Below are positions 1 through 8,845 of a stretch of 64,000 nucleotides of DNA, in pieces. The first letter of the stretch is position 1. Each line of letters begins with the position of its first letter. Under the pieces are notes generated by a model. It was given only the letters and a program-made list of their open reading frames with translations. It had not been told where the DNA came from and did not search any database. Origin of the DNA: a virus (Duplodnaviria; Caudoviricetes); the IMG/VR virus record IMGVR_UViG_3300024493_000235, positions 192,001 through 256,000 of that record. One strand, given 5' to 3'. The position numbers were made by a program, and so were the translations under genes.

Positions 1-14
1 ATAGATTTAATCCG

Positions 15-497
15 ATGACACGTCTTAATATAGACCTTACAAGTGTCATTAACAACGCTATCCTTCCTCATATATACGATGCTGTTACGGTTTTAAGTAA
101 CTCGAGTGATATCGTCATAAGTAAAAGAGAATATGATCTCTTTACTAAAGAAAGGGAAGAAGCCGAGTTAAATATAAAAACCGCTTTATCTAATGCACAA
201 GACGAAGTAAACAGACAATTGATAGAAGCATATGCTCTTGTCGGGAAAAATGAAGAAGATAAGGAGAAAATCCGACTTCTTTTAATCTCCGCAGAGCAAA
301 AAGCTGCCGATGCCTTTAGGCTTTTCAATACGTATACATCAAGAGATAACCAGCTTACACGAAAACAAAATGTATTGGAGCAAAAACGGATCAATTTGGT
401 CTCATTAAAGAACGAATTCAACGAAAGATGTAGGGCTGCTGACTTGGAAGACTTGCAACTTCCAGACGATTGGATTCCTGACTTCTTTGATTTGTAG
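15..497 (+). CDS. hypothetical coiled-coil protein (may start upstream of the window)
   Basis: 160-aa helical, charged ORF; no recognised motif. Confidence 0.5.
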   Translation: MTRLNIDLTSVINNAILPHIYDAVTVLSNSSDIVISKREYDLFTKEREEAELNIKTALSNAQDEVNRQLIEAYALVGKNEEDKEKIRLLLISAEQKAADAFRLFNTYTSRDNQLTRKQNVLEQKRINLVSLKNEFNERCRAADLEDLQLPDDWIPDFFDL

Positions 498-532
498 AAA
501 TTTGGTCTAATTGATTCAAATATTATTTAGAC

Positions 533-542
533 TATATATCAT
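533..542 (+). promoter_or_regulatory. early-type phage promoter motif TATATATCAT
   Basis: TATA(T/C)AT(C/A)AT recurs in intergenic regions at 533, 1568, 4277, 13093, 17506, 43170, 54224, 59425, 60325, 61844 (+) and 12440, 12958, 27094, 29062, 33948 (-), with a near match at 38443 (-). Confidence 0.7.
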
Positions 543-561
543 CTACATGAAGGAGAAGAAT

Positions 562-768
562 ATGACAACGACATTCACAAAATTTGGTCTACCTGTTATC
601 TGGTCTTTAGTGAAAAACACCGTGTATGGGTTAAAATATAATCGAAAAGACGTACAGGTACGATGTTCATCCGTAGCAACCATCAAATCTGGCTACGGAA
701 TGTTTTATGAACACATTCCACCCATAGCATTGGATCTGAAAATTGATCCTTCTGGGGCTGTGACATAG
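562..768 (+). CDS. small hypothetical early protein
   Basis: AAGGAG SD then ATG at 562, downstream of an early motif. Confidence 0.5.
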   Translation: MTTTFTKFGLPVIWSLVKNTVYGLKYNRKDVQVRCSSVATIKSGYGMFYEHIPPIALDLKIDPSGAVT

Positions 769-911
769 ACATTTTAAAAGCATTCTCATACAAATGAAAA
801 TTTGTATTACACATATGGAGGTAAAGATTCAATAAAAATGCGCACGCTTTATAGTATATTTACGGGGTGGTTTCTCACCCCGTTATTTTAACAACAAGGA
901 GGATACGTATC

Positions 912-1217
912 ATGGATTATGCCATATATGCGCGTATCGATATGCATAGAGGACCAACTCCTTATGCAGAAATTTGGGCCGACAAAGACAGCGATGATGT
1001 TTTTTCATCTGAAGGTAGGACGATGATTCCTCATTCGAGGTTTATTGTCACTCAAACATATCCTGAGTCAGAAGATGACATCAAAGAATACAAGCCTGAT
1101 GAAAACGATTTCCACCTTACAGATAAAATGAAAGCCTACATTTTCAAGTGGGCTAAAGAGAAAAGCTGTATGCCTCCGCATGCCAGCAATTGGGGATCTG
1201 TTTTTTCTTTATGGTGA
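912..1217 (+). CDS. DUF4160-like paralog (degenerate)
   Basis: AGGAGG SD; C-terminus KAYIFKWA...SNWGSVFSLW matches the family pattern K..I..WA...NW....LW. Confidence 0.55.
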   Translation: MDYAIYARIDMHRGPTPYAEIWADKDSDDVFSSEGRTMIPHSRFIVTQTYPESEDDIKEYKPDENDFHLTDKMKAYIFKWAKEKSCMPPHASNWGSVFSLW

Positions 1218-1271
1218 GTATAGGGAGAGACGCATGTCTCTCCTTTATTTTTATAATAAAGGAGGTATTAT

Positions 1272-1487
1272 ATGTGTACAACTACAACTTCTACTTGCGG
1301 TCAAAAACCTCGAGTTTTTCAAAAAAGAAGATTTGGTGAACCGGTTATATTGCGAAATCCTGATGTACCAGGATATCCAGATTATCTTTTAAGCAACGAA
1401 GAAGAAATCGAATACTTAAAAAAGCGCATTGCAGTTACCCGAAAGAAAATAGAAGAACAAAATTCTCGCAAAGCTATCGGGGGATAA
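1272..1487 (+). CDS. small hypothetical protein
   Basis: GGAGG SD; flanked by hairpin terminators at 1223-1252 and 1493-1526. Confidence 0.55.
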   Translation: MCTTTTSTCGQKPRVFQKRRFGEPVILRNPDVPGYPDYLLSNEEEIEYLKKRIAVTRKKIEEQNSRKAIGG

Positions 1488-1544
1488 TTTTAAGGAGAGG
1501 CATCATGCCTCTCCTATATTTTTTTTGATCTGTACATTTTGACA

Positions 1545-1556
1545 AACATTGTAATA
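1545..1556 (+). promoter_or_regulatory. late-type promoter AACA-N6-TA
   Basis: AACA-TTGTAA-TA; same spacing recurs upstream of many virion genes. Confidence 0.6.
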
Positions 1557-1594
1557 GCGATAACGAGTATACATAATATATGTAGGAGAAAATA

Positions 1595-3376
1595 ATGGAT
1601 GGTGAAAAATATACATTTATCAATCAGTTCTACTTAAAAGAGCAATGGAAAAATAAAAAAGGCACTTTTAAGAAAGTAGCTGATGATGCAATGATTGTTG
1701 TATATAAGAAAGGGGATAAACAGATTATCAGAATTATCGAAAATCCCGATTTTTCTTTTTATATAGCTAAACAAAACGTCGATGTTCCAAAGTATATAGA
1801 CTTTATATCAAGAGACAGTGTCGACCTTGTTACCATCAAGTATCATGATCTTGAAAAAATTTTAGCTGATTATTGCGGAAGAACTGAAGAGTATAACTAC
1901 ATCAAATCTGCTGGAAAGTATGCAAGTTATGAAGAGAAAATGGAGACACGTAAAAGGTTCATTAAGAGTCTTCATATGAATCCTCGTATCTTTGGATCAG
2001 ATCGCAATATAGAAGAATGGTATAAACAGCAGTTTGTAAAACAGCATGGTGTTCACATAGGCGGTTACAAGCTTATGTTTTTTGATATAGAAACTGATAC
2101 TTTTTCAGATCCATCGGTCGCAAAAAGTCCCATAAACGTAATGTCTTTTTATTTTCAACCTTCAAATACGATGTATACTCTCATTCGGGACGATGAAAAG
2201 ACATATCCTACAATTGCACAATTCAAAAATGATTTGGCATCTGGGGCTTTTTTAGCTCGTCTTAAAGCAGATCCTGACATGAATGGACAAACTGAAGGTG
2301 AAGGAAAAGCTACATTTACAAACAAGGATACAACTTATATCTTCGAATTCTTTGATAATGATTTCGAGATAATAAAAAGACGATATAAAATTATTCACGA
2401 ATTAAAGCCGGATTTTTGCTATGCATGGAACTTCTCATTTGATGAAATGACATGTATTAACAGGGCAAAAAATTATATCGAACGTCATCCTGAAGAAGGG
2501 CGTCTTGAAGATTTATTGTGTCATCCTGATGTGCCTCCTAAATTTCGTTTCTGGAATTTTAGAGAAGATAAAAATCCGAGGCACGAATATTATGACAAAT
2601 GGCATATTCTTTCTATTCCTGGATATACACAATACATCTGTGCAATGTCGACATTTGCAAATATTAGAAAAGGACGTGGTTCTTTCTCATCATATTCTCT
2701 TAATGATATTTGCATGACAATACTGAAAAAAGGAAAACTCGATTATTCCAATATTGCCATAGATCCAATCGAGCTTCCTAAAGTTGATTTTGCAACTCAT
2801 GTGCATTACAATATTAAAGACACTTGGATGATGGCATGTCTCGAAGCTAAAACTAGGGATATAAATGCTCTTATGTATTTAGCAGAATTATCAAGTCTTT
2901 CTAACGTGTGTAAAAAGACTTCGATTGTAACAAACAGAATGATTCAATTCTATGAGAATAATGGTCTTGTTATGGCAAATAACAAGAATGCTCTTATACA
3001 AAATCCTGAAACAGGATATGAAGGCGCTATTGTTGCATCTCCTCATTTGAATGAAGCTCTCATGACTCCTTTATTTCCATATCCGTCTAAAATGATTCGT
3101 CCATTTATAAGCGATGCCGACCTTGCAAGTTTGTATCCGAGTATTGTTATTTTGTTTAACACTTACAAAACGGGATTAGAGTTTCAGATAGATAAGATAG
3201 GACAAGTATCTCAAGTTAGAGATAACATATCAGCCATCAGTATTCCTGAATGCTTTGATAATCTTTTAACAGGAGATATAATGTCATGGACACACGATTA
3301 TCTACAAATGCCATCGATAGGAAATATGGTGGTAGAACTTGACAAAGAGTTAAAGAGATTGGGAGGAGCAGAATGA
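1595..3376 (+). CDS. family-B DNA polymerase, N-terminal subunit (3'-5' exonuclease plus motif A) of a split polymerase
   Basis: ExoI FDIET, ExoII AWNFSFD, ExoIII YNIKD, GYEGAIV, motif A DLASLYPS; stops before motifs B and C. Confidence 0.9.
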   Translation: MDGEKYTFINQFYLKEQWKNKKGTFKKVADDAMIVVYKKGDKQIIRIIENPDFSFYIAKQNVDVPKYIDFISRDSVDLVTIKYHDLEKILADYCGRTEEYNYIKSAGKYASYEEKMETRKRFIKSLHMNPRIFGSDRNIEEWYKQQFVKQHGVHIGGYKLMFFDIETDTFSDPSVAKSPINVMSFYFQPSNTMYTLIRDDEKTYPTIAQFKNDLASGAFLARLKADPDMNGQTEGEGKATFTNKDTTYIFEFFDNDFEIIKRRYKIIHELKPDFCYAWNFSFDEMTCINRAKNYIERHPEEGRLEDLLCHPDVPPKFRFWNFREDKNPRHEYYDKWHILSIPGYTQYICAMSTFANIRKGRGSFSSYSLNDICMTILKKGKLDYSNIAIDPIELPKVDFATHVHYNIKDTWMMACLEAKTRDINALMYLAELSSLSNVCKKTSIVTNRMIQFYENNGLVMANNKNALIQNPETGYEGAIVASPHLNEALMTPLFPYPSKMIRPFISDADLASLYPSIVILFNTYKTGLEFQIDKIGQVSQVRDNISAISIPECFDNLLTGDIMSWTHDYLQMPSIGNMVVELDKELKRLGGAE

Positions 3377-4275
3377 CATCTCAAGAATACCATCATTATG
3401 CGCCATTTGAAGAATCTGTAAATGAAGTATGGTCTAAACGTTTTGCTGATGCTATAATGTATTTTTGCAAAATGTTAAAGCAAACGCACTATCCATATTT
3501 CTGTTTATATTGCGGACATATTTATACAGCCTTTACCCCTACTGAACCGCAAGATACCACTAAAACGAACGTTTTCTTGGGCAATATCGATATAAAATAC
3601 ACCGATTTTTGCACTCCTTTAACAGAATCGCTTACCGCAATATTCGATAATAAAGTTGGACCTAATATAGGGGGGTGTATTCTTATTATCGATATCGAAA
3701 AGTTTTATGCGTTTTATAACGAATACTCGAAAGAGAAAAAGGAAAACAAATCTCCAATACATCTTAAAATGCTTTTTCAAAACGATAAAGTTCTCAATCG
3801 CTGTAAGTTCTCATATACGCAACTTTCTTCAAATACCGAAGTTTCATATGAAAGCGTATTTGGTGTATATCTACTTACAGGCGTTCCCCGTATTAATGAT
3901 CCCGCAAGTCCTACATATCTTGAAACACATAGTGTATACGATATTCCAATTGGAATTATTCAAAATATGTTTGAAAGGGATGAGCCTGTTGATATAAATC
4001 TTCAAGAAGGTTTTATATCTATTTTTGGGACTAAAATTAACGCCAGTGTACATATGAATTCAAATGACATAAATGGCGTAATATCGATATCGAAAAATAT
4101 GTTTCTTAAAGAGTTTACAAAGAGTGCCGTTACAAGTGTAAACTTGACTCTTTATACTATAAAGAACATAAGTTCTTCTTTTATGCTATTCCGTTTTAAA
4201 TCCGTAATCGACGGTCTTACTGTTGTATCCGACGGATGGACAGTTATTATTCAGAAAAAACAACCGCTTATATGA
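3373..4275 (+). CDS. hypothetical protein coupled to the DNA polymerase gene
   Basis: ATGA overlap with the polymerase stop; 300 aa. Confidence 0.65.
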   Translation: MTSQEYHHYAPFEESVNEVWSKRFADAIMYFCKMLKQTHYPYFCLYCGHIYTAFTPTEPQDTTKTNVFLGNIDIKYTDFCTPLTESLTAIFDNKVGPNIGGCILIIDIEKFYAFYNEYSKEKKENKSPIHLKMLFQNDKVLNRCKFSYTQLSSNTEVSYESVFGVYLLTGVPRINDPASPTYLETHSVYDIPIGIIQNMFERDEPVDINLQEGFISIFGTKINASVHMNSNDINGVISISKNMFLKEFTKSAVTSVNLTLYTIKNISSSFMLFRFKSVIDGLTVVSDGWTVIIQKKQPLI

Positions 4276-4364
4276 GTATATATCATATAACTGTGTAGAA
4301 ATATTAACGGTTAAATACGCCCAGTTATGGGCGTATTTTTTATTTTATTGAAAAGGAGTAAATT

Positions 4365-4772
4365 ATGTCTTTAGAAAACCCTCTTATATTTGTACTTGCA
4401 ACAATGGAGCAAGACGACTTTACGTTACTTATGAGCCCTGATTGGATTCTCGAAAGAGTAAACGTGCCGATGGCAAAATACATATGTGGAAAGATATGTA
4501 CTTGGATTGTGCTGGATGGGATAGAAACGCCCATTAAAACCGACCAGGTTCACGAAATGGTCGTGAATTCGCATATGAAAGAACAGTTGTGTGAATTCGC
4601 AAAAGAGAAATTCATTAAATGGGCGAGTAAACCACATTATATCGCTGTCAAAGGCGAAAATTTTCAAAATGAAACTCTCTATGGAAATAACTGGATGCAT
4701 GCCATATCTTTATGGAGAGACCTTAAACGCGCAACGGGGGAGAAATATGAAAAATACCAAACCGGAGATTAA
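4365..4772 (+). CDS. DUF4160-like paralog (degenerate)
   Basis: KEKFIKWA...NNWMHAISLW. Confidence 0.55.
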   Translation: MSLENPLIFVLATMEQDDFTLLMSPDWILERVNVPMAKYICGKICTWIVLDGIETPIKTDQVHEMVVNSHMKEQLCEFAKEKFIKWASKPHYIAVKGENFQNETLYGNNWMHAISLWRDLKRATGEKYEKYQTGD

Positions 4773-5166
4773 TGGACAGAAAATTGTTCTCGCATCTGTA
4801 AAAGATTACGGTATCGAAGTATTCATGAAAACGGATGATTCTGTCACACATCCTAATGATAGGCCTTTTATTTGGGTAAAAGATGAAAGAATTCTCGATT
4901 GCTTTTACTTGCACACAATTGAAGAATCGAGTTTTTTAATTTCCTCTCCGCCTAAAACAATCGAAGACCTTGTACAAATGCCGAATATCAAAGGAAAGAA
5001 TCCTGAATTGTTTTTTGTTCCCTCCACAGACGAGGTAAAACAAAAGCTCATTGTATGGGCTAATGATATATACCACATCATCGGGAATGTATCGAACGGT
5101 ACGAATTGGTTTCATGCAGTGAATCTTTGGCACACATTCAATAGGAGTATGGAGGCACAAAAATAA
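4747..5166 (+). CDS. DUF4160-like paralog
   Basis: GGGGAG SD then ATG at 4747; PPKTIEDL...KQKLIVWAN...TNWFHAVNLW. Confidence 0.6.
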   Translation: MKNTKPEINGQKIVLASVKDYGIEVFMKTDDSVTHPNDRPFIWVKDERILDCFYLHTIEESSFLISSPPKTIEDLVQMPNIKGKNPELFFVPSTDEVKQKLIVWANDIYHIIGNVSNGTNWFHAVNLWHTFNRSMEAQK

Positions 5167-5600
5167 TGGTATTAACAGATAAATTTTTCTCACTTATTGT
5201 CGGATCCATAAACGGTGATATATCGTTGGGTTTTCATATAAGACTTGAAATTGACAAAGTCAAGGATGTGGAGCATCCATTTGAAACGTATAAGCAATGT
5301 ACAATCTCCGAATTTACAGAAGACAGCTTTAATTGTCTGCTTGTTACAAACGAAAATTGGGATTACAGTGTTTGCATAAGTATTGCAAACAGACTTACCC
5401 CGTGTGCAATATCTGATATCATCGAAATACCTGGACCTGATGGAATAACAAGACTTGATAATGACACAAAAGTTAAAATTGTAGAATGGGCTAACGATGT
5501 CAAGTTTTTCAACAGAGTACCTATTGGCACAAATTGGACATATGCACGAATGCTCTTAGATGAGTTCAGAACAGAGTCGCTATTTAAAGCGTCAAGATAA
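5166..5600 (+). CDS. DUF4160-like paralog
   Basis: TPCAISDI...KVKIVEWAN...TNWTYARML. Confidence 0.6.
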   Translation: MVLTDKFFSLIVGSINGDISLGFHIRLEIDKVKDVEHPFETYKQCTISEFTEDSFNCLLVTNENWDYSVCISIANRLTPCAISDIIEIPGPDGITRLDNDTKVKIVEWANDVKFFNRVPIGTNWTYARMLLDEFRTESLFKASR

Positions 5601-5637
5601 CCTATTTCTAAGCACGATATAAAAGGAGTTTCTTATT

Positions 5638-6405
5638 ATGGTCAAATTAAAAGAATTCGAAATGCATACCAGAAAATCGATGCAAAACATTGTGCTATCT
5701 TATAGTGGTTTGTACAAATTCGTATGCAAATTGCAAAGTATTTGCGACGGGTTTTCTCTTTCTCCGTATACATATGGAGATGGTGCTGATAAAGACCCGA
5801 AGGTCTTTAGCGATTGCAATGAATTTTCCCTTCTGTGTGGCAATGGAGTTTCTGTGTATTTTAACACCAATCGTGCAACAGATAATGACACTATGCATGT
5901 GGAGTTTAAGACAATAAAAGGCATGTTTGATATTAAAATATGCTCATTAAACTCTCATCGTATTCCGGATGCCGATGCGGAAGATATCTATAGAAGAAAC
6001 TGCGTACGTAACTGCTTTCGTTCATATTTGGAATCGGAGGATTTTACAAAGCATGGCAGCGTATATTCCGACACAGATATTTTCCAAGTGATAGCAACGA
6101 AAGACGAAAGTGACGAATGGACACTCTCAGACAGGGTTCTTCAAAATTTCAATTATTGCTTTCCTGAGGATGAAGTGAATCACGTTCAGTTTGTGAAGTT
6201 CTTCTTAAAGGGTTCTATATTTGGCCACAGAGTTGTCTTTAATGCTGTTCCTGATAATCCTGAGACACTGTTTCTAATGTCACCTATCGTCGAGAAATGT
6301 TCTCAGGAAATATCTATAACAAGAGACAACAGAACTACAAAATCGTTAACACCAAAGGCGTATGACAATTTTGAACGCTTTGTTAGTTATTACAAAATAT
6401 TTTAA
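5638..6405 (+). CDS. hypothetical protein
   Basis: AAGGAG SD; 255 aa; followed by terminator 6411-6450. Confidence 0.65.
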   Translation: MVKLKEFEMHTRKSMQNIVLSYSGLYKFVCKLQSICDGFSLSPYTYGDGADKDPKVFSDCNEFSLLCGNGVSVYFNTNRATDNDTMHVEFKTIKGMFDIKICSLNSHRIPDADAEDIYRRNCVRNCFRSYLESEDFTKHGSVYSDTDIFQVIATKDESDEWTLSDRVLQNFNYCFPEDEVNHVQFVKFFLKGSIFGHRVVFNAVPDNPETLFLMSPIVEKCSQEISITRDNRTTKSLTPKAYDNFERFVSYYKIF

Positions 6406-6468
6406 ATACAATAAATACCTGGGCATTTCTGTCCAGGTATTTATTTTTTTTGCATTTTTAGCTGGTAA

Positions 6469-6480
6469 AACATCCTAGTA
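6469..6480 (+). promoter_or_regulatory. late-type promoter AACA-N6-TA
   Basis: AACA-TCCTAG-TA. Confidence 0.7.
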
Positions 6481-6509
6481 AAATAGCTTCAAAATAAAGG
6501 GGAAAACAT

Positions 6510-8753
6510 ATGGAACCTATGTCTATAGAGAAAATTCAGGACGAATTTTGCGACATGTATGACACTTTGTGTCCAAGAGCAAGACAAGTAATGACAGAAA
6601 AATTTAAAGATTTCAGTGTTGATATAGAATCTTTTTTAATTCCATACAGTAGCGACAGGATAGAAAAACATTTCGAAGATCCTGATACGGAATCTACAGG
6701 AACAGTTTCAGCATTGAAATTTTTGTGTATACCTTTATCGATTTTTCATTCTATACAGCATCTAAATATCAATGAAGATCAGTTCAGAATATCTTTGAAT
6801 ACGCGGTTTTTAAATCCTGTATCAGAAGCATTATCAGCCGCAATGGAAGAGAAAAAGAAACCGTGGTTTAAACTTTTTATCCAGTTTGAAAAAGCTGACA
6901 ATACAACAATCGAAAGCTATAACGCATACATTTTGTTTTCAGGCGTTGTTCAAGGAGAATCAGGATATCCGTATGATCTTAACATCAATTCTGTTTATCT
7001 TGAAGACAAAGATGTAGAAAAGGAAGACGCTGTTGTAAAGGATATCGAAAATCAAACAGGAAAAGACGATAATACCGTTATACAAGATGATACGAAAAAA
7101 GATGCCAAAAAGAAGGATATTTCTGAAGAAGGTGCATTTCTTAGAGTATCAATTCCTGATGGTCTTAAAACTGCAAACGATATGATTTCATATCTTAAAA
7201 GAGCAGGTATTGAGAAAACTATAAAACTGCGTCTTAATGAGCTTAACGCTAATGGATATGAACCACTTTCATTTTCCAAATATCACGAAATGAGACGGAA
7301 TGGAACCTCTTTTGATAAAGACTTCAAAAATGATATGTACATCACATATTCAAATGGAAAAGCGGATCTTAAGTCTACAAAAGAATATCAAATCATGGAA
7401 CTTGCAGGAACGTGTGTTGTATTCGGATTATATAATTCGATATCGGCAGTTCCTGATAAAAAATATCCATTTTCTTTAAATAAAAATGTCCGTTATGCCA
7501 ATAAAGGATATAAGTTAAAGAGAGTATGGATAGCCGTCTATAATCCGCGTACTAAAAACGTAATTCATAAACCTATTGCAAAATCATCAAAGATTTTTGG
7601 TGTAAAAGTTGAGGGCTTTTCGGTTGCACTTGAGGGGCTTTTCTCCGATAATAGCGATTGGGGACTATCTTGTGATCCACATAGTATCCAAAAAAATAAA
7701 TATACATACCTTATAAACGACAAAACTGGAAAGGTTGATATCGGTATGGCATATCCTCCTGGAGATGAATGGTATCAATTTTTAACACCGTTTCAATCTC
7801 GCAATATTGGAAATAATATACGTGACATATATTACAAATTTCAATCGATGGACAATGGCGGAGATTGGGATTTGTATACATACAACGATTACAAAAGTGC
7901 GGATGGATCTAAGGCATTACTGGAAGTTCTTAAAAACTTTAAGTGTTATAAATTTTCCGAGAGGTTTACAGATAATGCAAATCGTTCATATGACGGTTTT
8001 AATATCTTTAAACTTGGAGGATGGATTTACGGATGCACAATCGTCGCTAATATCCTCACAATTAGGCCCACAGGATGCACCGAAAGTGAGTATCATTATG
8101 CACATCTTTCTGATATATACTTATTCATGTATAACAGCGCCACACATAAAATAGCAACTCCACTTTTGGCATCGGAAGGATTATTGTGGCTAACCCAACT
8201 TGGTAAACCTTCAGCATCGTTTAGAACTCAAGTTTTTGGTGATAAAAAGCCTGTAAAAGGTATTATCACAAAAGCGAATATGCAGGAGATACCAAATGAT
8301 TCTACAATACTGGATAAGACCTTTATTGCGGGAAAACCTGTCGTACCTCTTGTCGGAAAGCTCGCACTTTCTTTAAAGGAAGTTATAGCGAATCCAACTT
8401 CGAGAATATTAAAACCTTCAACTACAATTCCAGATACAACTTCTGAAGGAACGCAAATAGATTTGACAGTTGCAAAAGAAAAACTTATCAAACTTTTCGC
8501 ACAAGAGCATATGTCAATGTCTGTAACAACAAGTTTTAATCATGTGAACAAATCATTCATGTTTGCCGACGGGTTTATTGGTAAACCGAAGGGATCCGTT
8601 TCTTTTGAAGGCGCAAAAAATGAAAACATAGGAGTGAAAATTCACAGACTTCAAGATACGTGTGATACTATCGTAGAGGAGTCAGGATCATTAAAAGCTC
8701 TTACTGTCAGAATGTCGGGTGATAAAGTATTCATAACAGGAACTCTTGCGTAA
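6510..8753 (+). CDS. putative internal head protein with multiple protease-processing sites
   Basis: late promoter; repeated (S/A/T)-x-E motifs AME, TIE-S, SEE-G, ALE-G, ASE-G, TSE-G, SFE-G; adjacent to the portal gene. Confidence 0.5.
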   Translation: MEPMSIEKIQDEFCDMYDTLCPRARQVMTEKFKDFSVDIESFLIPYSSDRIEKHFEDPDTESTGTVSALKFLCIPLSIFHSIQHLNINEDQFRISLNTRFLNPVSEALSAAMEEKKKPWFKLFIQFEKADNTTIESYNAYILFSGVVQGESGYPYDLNINSVYLEDKDVEKEDAVVKDIENQTGKDDNTVIQDDTKKDAKKKDISEEGAFLRVSIPDGLKTANDMISYLKRAGIEKTIKLRLNELNANGYEPLSFSKYHEMRRNGTSFDKDFKNDMYITYSNGKADLKSTKEYQIMELAGTCVVFGLYNSISAVPDKKYPFSLNKNVRYANKGYKLKRVWIAVYNPRTKNVIHKPIAKSSKIFGVKVEGFSVALEGLFSDNSDWGLSCDPHSIQKNKYTYLINDKTGKVDIGMAYPPGDEWYQFLTPFQSRNIGNNIRDIYYKFQSMDNGGDWDLYTYNDYKSADGSKALLEVLKNFKCYKFSERFTDNANRSYDGFNIFKLGGWIYGCTIVANILTIRPTGCTESEYHYAHLSDIYLFMYNSATHKIATPLLASEGLLWLTQLGKPSASFRTQVFGDKKPVKGIITKANMQEIPNDSTILDKTFIAGKPVVPLVGKLALSLKEVIANPTSRILKPSTTIPDTTSEGTQIDLTVAKEKLIKLFAQEHMSMSVTTSFNHVNKSFMFADGFIGKPKGSVSFEGAKNENIGVKIHRLQDTCDTIVEESGSLKALTVRMSGDKVFITGTLA

Positions 8754-8806
8754 TCATATATTTGGGAGGCATGTGCCTCCCAAATTCTTTGAATAAAAAC
8801 GGCTAA

Positions 8807-8818
8807 AACACTATTATA
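8807..8818 (+). promoter_or_regulatory. late-type promoter AACA-N6-TA
   Basis: AACA-CTATTA-TA upstream of the portal gene. Confidence 0.75.
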
Positions 8819-8845
8819 AAGAAAACATAAGGAGATTAAACGGTT

